Made by a program: the position numbers and the translations under genes | Source of the DNA: an uncultured Blastocatellaceae bacterium | Lineage (GTDB): Bacteria > Acidobacteriota > Blastocatellia > Pyrinomonadales > Pyrinomonadaceae | Assembly (NCBI GenBank): GCA_964444245.1 | Contig: CAYUGW010000004.1 | Coordinates: 1-29,835, forward strand | Reading direction: 5' to 3' | DNA: 29,835 nucleotides | Shown: positions 24,347-29,835 of the stretch, piece after piece | Numbering within the stretch: the first letter of the stretch is position 1 | How the letters are laid out: each line of letters starts with the position of its first letter | The notes under the pieces: generated by a model | Database searches by the model: none | Told to the model about the DNA's origin: nothing | The model's input: only the letters and a program-made list of their open reading frames with translations

Positions 24347-25027
24347 TTAAGAAACAAATTTGTAGCCGAGACCGTGAATGGTTTGAATAAATTGCGGATA
24401 TTTCGGATTATCTTCGAGCTTTTGCCGTAGCCACGCGACGTGAACATCAACGGTGCGCGTCGAAGGCATCGCGTCATAACCCCAAACTTCGTCCAATAAT
24501 TCATCGCGCTTTAAGACTTCGCCGCGATGTTCGATCAGATATTGCAGAAGTTTAAACTCCAGTGCGGAAAGTTCGACCGGTTTGTTTTCCTTTAAAACTT
24601 CGGCGCGGCGGAAATCAACCGCAATTGAGCCGAATTTAAATGTGCCGATGGCGTTTTGATGCGTATTTACCGAACGCCGGAGAAGTGCTTCGATGCGGGC
24701 GAGCAGTTCCATCACTTCAAAAGGTTTTGTCAGATAATCGTCCGCGCCGAGCTTTAATCCGAGAACTTTATCAATCGTTTCGCCTTTTGCGGTCAGCATC
24801 AAAACGGGCGTTTCGACATTTTTCCGGCGCAGATCGCGGCACACGTCAAAACCGTTTTTACGGGGAAGCATCACGTCCAAAATTATCAGATCGAACGATT
24901 CTTCAAGCGCAAGCGCAAAACCGCTTTCGCCGTCGGTCGCGGTTTTAACTGCAAAACCCTCGCTTTCTAAACGGTCGGTCAGCGTCAGGATCAGACCTTT
25001 TTCATCTTCGACTAATAGAATTTTCAT
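24347..25027 (-). CDS. OmpR/PhoB-family response regulator
   Basis: MKILLVEDE...DLIILDVMLP...MLTAK...GADDYLTKPF receiver domain; C-terminal wHTH ...TRTVDVHVAWLRQKLE...TIHGLGYKF. Confidence 0.97.
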   Translation of the reverse strand: MKILLVEDEKGLILTLTDRLESEGFAVKTATDGESGFALALEESFDLIILDVMLPRKNGFDVCRDLRRKNVETPVLMLTAKGETIDKVLGLKLGADDYLTKPFEVMELLARIEALLRRSVNTHQNAIGTFKFGSIAVDFRRAEVLKENKPVELSALEFKLLQYLIEHRGEVLKRDELLDEVWGYDAMPSTRTVDVHVAWLRQKLEDNPKYPQFIQTIHGLGYKFVS

Positions 25028-25042
25028 TTAATATTTCTCAAT

Positions 25043-25117
25043 AGTTTAGCAGACGGTCTTTGACCGTCGGCTGTCAGTTTCTATCGCTAGTCGCGGTCAA
25101 AGACCGCTTGCTAAACT
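25043..25117. repeat. REP-like inverted repeat (24-bp arms, 22/24) between the kinase and response regulator genes
   Basis: AGTTTAGCAGACGGTCTTTGACCG ... CGGTCAAAGACCGCTTGCTAAACT; same family as 28435..28503. Confidence 0.88.
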
Positions 25118-25133
25118 GTTAGTATTCAAAGGC

Positions 25134-26975
25134 TTAAATGTTCAATGGTAAATGAACGATGAATTTGCTTCCCTTTCCGATTTCGCTTTCGACTTTGATT
25201 TTTCCTTTATGCGCCTCGACGATTTGTTTGACCAGACTCAAACCCAGACCGTTGCCGTGAATCTGCTCGTCAACGACCGTTTTGGCGCGGTAAAACGGCT
25301 CGAAAATCTGTGCTAAATCTTTTTTGGAAATGCCGATTCCTTTGTCTTCGACCGAGATTTTTAAATTTCCCCCGCCGCTAATTGCCGAGATTTTCAGCCG
25401 GCGATTGCCGTTTGAATATTTGATCGAATTGATTATCAAATTCTGAAGCGCGTGGCTCAAGGCATTTGAATCGGCGGAAATGACGGGCAGTTTTGTGCTA
25501 AATTCCTTTTCTACGACAAACTCTTTTTCGCTCAATAAAGGCTGACATTCATTAAGCGCGTTTTCGATGATTTCCGTTATCTCGACGGGGCGAAAATCGA
25601 ATTTCCGTTTTCCCGAACGCGCTCCGGCAAATTCGAGAATCTGTTCGACCATCGCGGTCAATTTTTTGCCCTCGCCTTTGATCAAATTCCCGTATTTCTC
25701 GATTTGACCGGGCGAATTTACCACGCCGTCGGTCAGGTTTTCGCCCGCCGAATAAATTACCGCGAGCGGCGTGCGGAATTCGTGAGAAACCGAAGAAACG
25801 AAATCGAGCTGCCGCTGTGCCAATTTTTGAGAACGCCGCGCCGAAACGAAGATCAAAACCACGCTTGCCGCCAGAAGCGACAAAATCCCGAAACTGATTG
25901 CCAGATTTCGGTAGCGCGTGTTGGCGATAAACTGTTCGAGCGAGCCTTCCGAATGCTGTACGTTCAGAGTCCACATGCCTTCGGTCGAAGCTCCGTTTCT
26001 TTGAAATATATTGATACGCGGCTTTGAATCGGATAGAACTTTTACATCAACCTGTTTATTTTCAAGCATTAGCGCGGGCGCTTTGGCAGTTCTCGTTTCG
26101 ATCTGGCTGAATATGACGCTGTTTGTCATTGTCATCGGTTGTCCGATGATTTTCTCCGTACCTTCGCTTGCCGTAAAGGAAAAAGTTCCGGCTCTGACAT
26201 CAAATAATTTCGCACTCGCATCGCTCGAAGAAAGCGGCGCGTCATCAGTCTTGAAAATCGCCTCGTTTTTCCCGTCAATAATTGCCAGATTAAAATTTGC
26301 CGTGTCGGTTTTGGCAAAATATTTTTCCGTTAAATCGTGAAAAATCCGGTTTTTAATCACCGTTTCATCGAGTTTGATAATTAAAAAACCGTATTTTTCG
26401 AGCAATTCCAAAGGCGCGGGAATTCTGTTGTTGGTCAGTTCTTTTCCCCGATTAGCAACGATTTGTCGAAAATCTTCCGTGTCTTTATAGATGATTGCCG
26501 TCAACGCCGAATTTTCAGCGTCAACCGTTTTGAAATTTTTAGCGTCCGCCAAATTTGGTTTTATTTTTTGCAGATCTTCCGTCCAAACCGCATTTTCAAA
26601 TTGTCCGGTTTCCTTATTAAATTGTCGAAGCTCGTCATTTTTATCAATTCCGAAAAAATAAAAATCTTTGACGAGTTCGGGATATTTCGCCTTTTCGCGC
26701 CATAAAATATAGCGTCTGTGAAAATCCTTAAAGTCGTTTTTCTGGAAATTTTCCGCCGTCAGTTGGAAATTAAAATAGACGGCTTGAATCTCGCGGTTAA
26801 AATCTTCGGCAAAACGGCGCGTGTCATCCTGCAAACGGCTCTGCATCCGTTCGCTTTCCGCCTCGCTGATCTGCCCGAGCCATCTGTATTGCAAACCGGC
26901 GAGCAGAACGAGCAAGCCGAGCAGAAAAACGACCGACAAAACGGGAAACCATGATTTTTCCTTCCAAAACTTCAT
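25134..26975 (-). CDS. Sensor histidine kinase (2 TM, large extracytoplasmic domain, HisKA + HATPase_c)
   Basis: H-box SSVSHEFRTPL, N-box LQNLIINSIKYS, G1 VEDKGIGI, F-box IFEPFYR, G2 GNGLGLSLVK. Start ATG 26975 is likely; the ORF extends to 26993. Confidence 0.96.
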   Translation of the reverse strand: MKFWKEKSWFPVLSVVFLLGLLVLLAGLQYRWLGQISEAESERMQSRLQDDTRRFAEDFNREIQAVYFNFQLTAENFQKNDFKDFHRRYILWREKAKYPELVKDFYFFGIDKNDELRQFNKETGQFENAVWTEDLQKIKPNLADAKNFKTVDAENSALTAIIYKDTEDFRQIVANRGKELTNNRIPAPLELLEKYGFLIIKLDETVIKNRIFHDLTEKYFAKTDTANFNLAIIDGKNEAIFKTDDAPLSSSDASAKLFDVRAGTFSFTASEGTEKIIGQPMTMTNSVIFSQIETRTAKAPALMLENKQVDVKVLSDSKPRINIFQRNGASTEGMWTLNVQHSEGSLEQFIANTRYRNLAISFGILSLLAASVVLIFVSARRSQKLAQRQLDFVSSVSHEFRTPLAVIYSAGENLTDGVVNSPGQIEKYGNLIKGEGKKLTAMVEQILEFAGARSGKRKFDFRPVEITEIIENALNECQPLLSEKEFVVEKEFSTKLPVISADSNALSHALQNLIINSIKYSNGNRRLKISAISGGGNLKISVEDKGIGISKKDLAQIFEPFYRAKTVVDEQIHGNGLGLSLVKQIVEAHKGKIKVESEIGKGSKFIVHLPLNI

Positions 26976-27026
26976 CACCGGGAATTTTATCACGCTTTTT
27001 ATCTGTTTTTATCTCGATTCGAGCAG

Positions 27027-27063
27027 ATTTTACATTCTTTACAATTATTTTGCTTTGTCTTAA
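27027..27063. promoter_or_regulatory. 37-bp direct repeat copy 1, candidate response-regulator binding site
   Basis: ATTTTACATTCTTTACAATTATTTTGCTTTGTCTTAA; 32/37 identical to 27145..27181. Confidence 0.6.
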
Positions 27064-27144
27064 TAAACCGCTTTTACAAACGAAATATACTTTAATGCGG
27101 TTGATGCGCAATGTTCTAAAAAAATTAAATTTTTAATTGAAAAC

Positions 27145-27181
27145 ATTTTACATTCTTTACAAATTCTTTGCGTCGTCTTAA
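27145..27181. promoter_or_regulatory. 37-bp direct repeat copy 2, candidate response-regulator binding site
   Basis: ATTTTACATTCTTTACAAATTCTTTGCGTCGTCTTAA; internal 11-bp phasing TTCTTT/TTCTTT/GTCTTA. Confidence 0.6.
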
Positions 27182-27253
27182 ACACTTGCAAAAATTTTTC
27201 TGCGATACTGCCGTTAGTCATAAAGACAAATTCAAAATTTTAGGAGATAAAAT

Positions 27254-28393
27254 ATGAAAAGATTTTTTGTAATGATACTTTTGGTTTCTACCTTTTTTAT
27301 CGGTTTAAGTGCATTGGTCGAGCAAGCCGGAGCAAAATTCAAATCCGATGCCAAGGCTCTGGAATTGATCCGGCAAGCCCGCATCGCCATCGGCGGCGAT
27401 GCCAATATCGCGGCGGTTCGCAGTATGACGATTGCGGCAAATACGACGCATTTCTTTGAAAAAGACGGCTTAGCGCAGACCGATCAAGGCACTCTTGAAA
27501 TCAATATGCAGTTGCCCGGACAATTCAGCAAAATGGTCAGAATCGGCAATCCCGAAAACGCGACCGCCGGAACGGAAGTTCAAAAACAGGTTGAAGTGAT
27601 CGTGATGAGCAAAGACGGCGAAACGTTTTCGGCAGTTCCTTCGACGAGAGGCAAACAGGGCGTTTTTATCGTTAAAGACGGCGATGGAAAAATTCTGACC
27701 GAAGAGATCAGAGGCGGCGATGGCGCAGAGCGCAAAATCATCATCAAGAAAGATGACGGAACGATTCAGGAATTAACGCCGGGCGAAAAAGACAAATTTG
27801 TTGTCAAAACCGATGGCGACAACACGCAGGTTTGGAACACCGAAGACGGCAATAAAATCGCCGTCAGCAAAACTTTGAAAACGGAAACTTTTGCCGGCAA
27901 CCGCCAAAATGAAATGTTTCGGATGACGCTGGCTCTGCTTTTGACCGCGCCGGAAGGCTTGGACGTGAGTTACACTTTTGCGGGTGAAGGCAATGTTGAC
28001 GGAAACTCGTGCAACATCGTCGAAGCGCGAACAAACGGTTCTACATTCAGACTTTTTCTCGATAAATCAACCTTTCTGCCGCGAATGGTCAGTTATGACG
28101 GGAGAGATCTTCCGCAAATTATCAGAGTGAAAAAAGAAGGTTCGGGCGAGATTATCACGGAAAATATCGTCGGAACAATTAATCCCGCAGGCGGAAAAAC
28201 GGTTGAGCATCAAGTTAAATTCTCGGATTTCCGCAGCGTCGGCGGTCTGCTTTTGCCGCACGCCTGGACGGAATCGGTCGGCGGAAAGCAGACGCAAAAT
28301 GTTGACGTTAAAAGTTATGAAGTAAATCCGGCAAATATCGCGGATAAATTCAAAGGTCAAAAAGTTTTTGTCAGAAAAGCGAAAGATCAATAA
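27254..28393 (+). CDS. Secreted/periplasmic protein, LolA-like (lipoprotein-sorting-like) fold with a large repetitive insert
   Basis: AGGAG RBS and signal peptide; ALELIRQARIAIGG...VRSMTI N-terminus and FLDKSTFLP...FSDFRSVGGLLLPH C-terminus; insert of (I/V)(I/V)K..DG repeats. Fold call is inference. Confidence 0.75.
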   Translation: MKRFFVMILLVSTFFIGLSALVEQAGAKFKSDAKALELIRQARIAIGGDANIAAVRSMTIAANTTHFFEKDGLAQTDQGTLEINMQLPGQFSKMVRIGNPENATAGTEVQKQVEVIVMSKDGETFSAVPSTRGKQGVFIVKDGDGKILTEEIRGGDGAERKIIIKKDDGTIQELTPGEKDKFVVKTDGDNTQVWNTEDGNKIAVSKTLKTETFAGNRQNEMFRMTLALLLTAPEGLDVSYTFAGEGNVDGNSCNIVEARTNGSTFRLFLDKSTFLPRMVSYDGRDLPQIIRVKKEGSGEIITENIVGTINPAGGKTVEHQVKFSDFRSVGGLLLPHAWTESVGGKQTQNVDVKSYEVNPANIADKFKGQKVFVRKAKDQ

Positions 28394-28434
28394 TTTTGAT
28401 ACTTAATAAAAAAATAAAAGTAAAATATTTGGTA

Positions 28435-28503
28435 AAGCAAGCGGTCTTTGACCGCGTTTCACCGCTAATTTATCAGGGAAACGCGGTCAAAGACCGCTTG
28501 CTT
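28435..28503. repeat. REP-like perfect inverted repeat, 26-bp arms
   Basis: AAGCAAGCGGTCTTTGACCGCGTTTC (28435-28460) and its exact reverse complement (28478-28503). Confidence 0.92.
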
Positions 28504-28551
28504 AACGGTGGTTTGTATTTTTGAGATGGTTTTTATTAAAAAAAGCACAGT

Positions 28552-28586
28552 AAATGCCGCGCTTCTTCATTAGAAGCGCGGCATTT
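28552..28586 (+). terminator. Probable intrinsic terminator hairpin (15-bp stem)
   Basis: AAATGCCGCGCTTCT-TCATT-AGAAGCGCGGCATTT followed by T-rich sequence, downstream of 27254..28393. Confidence 0.6.
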
Positions 28587-28701
28587 TGCTTGTCGGCTTG
28601 CCTTGTTTAAGCTATCGAATAAATATCTCTACTTAAAATCCGGCATTTGTGCTATCTTCAAATGTTCTTGAAATTTAGATCAGTTTTACCAGAGAAATAA
28701 A

Positions 28702-29091
28702 ATGAGAAAAAATATACGAATTATAATGATTATTGCCGCGCTCGGCGTGGTTTTCGGCAGCGTTTCGGCGAGTTTCGCACAGATAAAAGTCGGCGGTTAC
28801 AGAGCGATTTCCGTCGAGGATGCGGGCGCGGTCGAGGCGGCGGAATTTGCCGTTAAAACGCAGAGCAAAAAGGAAGAAATGAAGATGTCGGTCGAATCCA
28901 TCAAAAAAGCCGAACGTCAGGTCGTTGCCGGAATGAACTATAAACTTTGCATTGAAGTTTATTATCCGAGCGAAGAGGACGAAACGGACGGCGTTTTGAT
29001 ATTTGCACAAGCCATTGTTTATAAAGACTTAAAAGGCAACTTCAAATTGACCTCATGGATGGAAGCCGAATGCGCTCCCGAAGAAGAATAA
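28702..29091 (+). CDS. Secreted cystatin-like cysteine protease inhibitor (I25-type)
   Basis: Signal peptide (…SASFA|Q), N-terminal VGG, AVEAAEFAV helix, canonical QVVAG hairpin motif followed by NYKLCIEV, and a late Trp. Confidence 0.85.
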   Translation: MRKNIRIIMIIAALGVVFGSVSASFAQIKVGGYRAISVEDAGAVEAAEFAVKTQSKKEEMKMSVESIKKAERQVVAGMNYKLCIEVYYPSEEDETDGVLIFAQAIVYKDLKGNFKLTSWMEAECAPEEE

Positions 29092-29149
29092 TCAAAATCC
29101 GAAATAAATTCGATAAATTTATCTTGAACTCATATAAATTTAGTTACTG

Positions 29150-29527
29150 TAATGAGCGCAAGTCTGAGAATTTTTAATAAATTTCCTCCAACTAAAGTTC
29201 TTTGAAAAAACAAAGCCGTAAAAACTTCGGTTTTAGCTCGCGGAGGCGAGCGGCAGCGTGTAGCCACGCGCGGGAGCGCGTGGAACGCCAAAAACGAATC
29301 GCAAAGCCCGCGTTAGCGGGCGGCAGAATTATTCAATTTGACGGATGTCTGTCGCTCTCTACGAGAGCTTAAATCAATTTTCACATTAAATAATCCCGTA
29401 GCTGACGCTAACGGGCTACACGCTGTCGCCATCTTCGATGGCTGATTTAATACGGTAATTATTTTTTCAAAGACCATGAGTTGGAGGCAATTTATCCGAC
29501 CAACAGTCGATTGATTTACACTCATTA
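29150..29527. mobile_element. Multi-layer nested inverted-repeat element (MITE-like shell around a REP/BIME-like core)
   Basis: IR pairs 29150-29164/29513-29527 (12/15) and 29177-29193/29479-29495 (16/17, extending via TCTTTGAAAAAA). Core 29235-29443 carries GGCAGCGTGTAGCC/GGCTACACGCTGTC and several short hairpins. No ORF supported. Confidence 0.6.
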
Positions 29528-29530
29528 AAT

Positions 29531-29835
29531 CTATTCAAATCGCTTCGGAAGCAGAATTTCCATCGCATCGTCAACCGTTACGATGCCGACGATTTCTTCA
29601 AATTCATCCAAAACGGGCAGTGCCAGCAGATTGTATTCGGCAATGGTCATCGCAACTTCTTCGGAAGGATCGTTCGGTCTGGCAAATTGAAATTTTGTCC
29701 GCATAACCTTTTCCAGCAGAAACGACGGATCGGCTAAGATCAAACTTCGCAAAGTTACAACGCCTTCGAGTTTCCAGGAATTTTCTTCGCTGACGATGTA
29801 GAGATAATAAATCATATTCGGCGTTTCAGCCATTT
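29531..29835 (-). CDS. MgtE-like CBS-pair protein, C-terminal part only (runs off the window edge)
   Basis: IYYLYIV....KLEGVVTLRSLILA......VM......ARPND..EEVA..IAEYNLLALPVLD...IVGIVTVDDAMEIL fits MgtE CBS domains. The stop follows directly, with no TM domain. Confidence 0.8.
   Translation of the reverse strand, partial: MAETPNMIYYLYIVSEENSWKLEGVVTLRSLILADPSFLLEKVMRTKFQFARPNDPSEEVAMTIAEYNLLALPVLDEFEEIVGIVTVDDAMEILLPKRFE

Noticed and set aside
27027-27181. Mini CRISPR array (37-bp repeat)
   Set aside because: Only two degenerate, non-palindromic AT-rich copies with an 81-bp spacer, in a divergent promoter and with no cas genes.
14465-29091. Cystatin as the cognate inhibitor of the His-Cys protein
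   Set aside because: The genes are 13 kb apart, the products are in different predicted compartments, and cystatins mainly target papain-family enzymes.
29531-29835. Calling this gene mgtE (full Mg2+ transporter)
   Set aside because: The ORF stops right after the CBS pair with no membrane domain, and the 5' part is outside the window.

Overview
A bacterial chromosomal window with about 25 real genes. There is no rRNA, tRNA, CRISPR array, transposase or phage core gene. The protein styles suggest Acidobacteriota, Blastocatellia/Pyrinomonadaceae-like (inference): CadC-type wHTH-TM-TPR and wHTH-TM-PD40 regulators, a CSLREA protein, DxDGDG...FRP..G.W C-terminal repeats and carboxypeptidase-regulatory-like C-terminal domains. 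Two long minus-strand runs of mostly exported or membrane hypothetical genes (4530->19 and 20066->6959) each diverge from a membrane-anchored one-component regulator. To the right lie a CSLREA surface protein, an OmpR-family two-component system, a LolA-like periplasmic protein, a secreted cystatin and the 3' end of an MgtE-like CBS protein. The best candidate for an undescribed system is a translationally coupled pair. One partner is a signal-peptide-bearing, S74-chaperoned trimeric fibre (FTYQGRL...SPYA head, 29 ~17-aa repeats). The other is a small 'GG..GQ..GGFW' protein ending in a putative lineage-specific sorting domain. Also notable: a peptidoglycan-binding/caspase-like fusion whose upstream gene has a duplicated RBS+ATG, a small Zn-finger/HTH gene beside a CadC-like regulator, 11-bp-phased operator-like repeats, nested MITE/REP-like elements and heptamer tandem repeats inside coding sequences. 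All family assignments come from motif recognition by eye; no database search was run.
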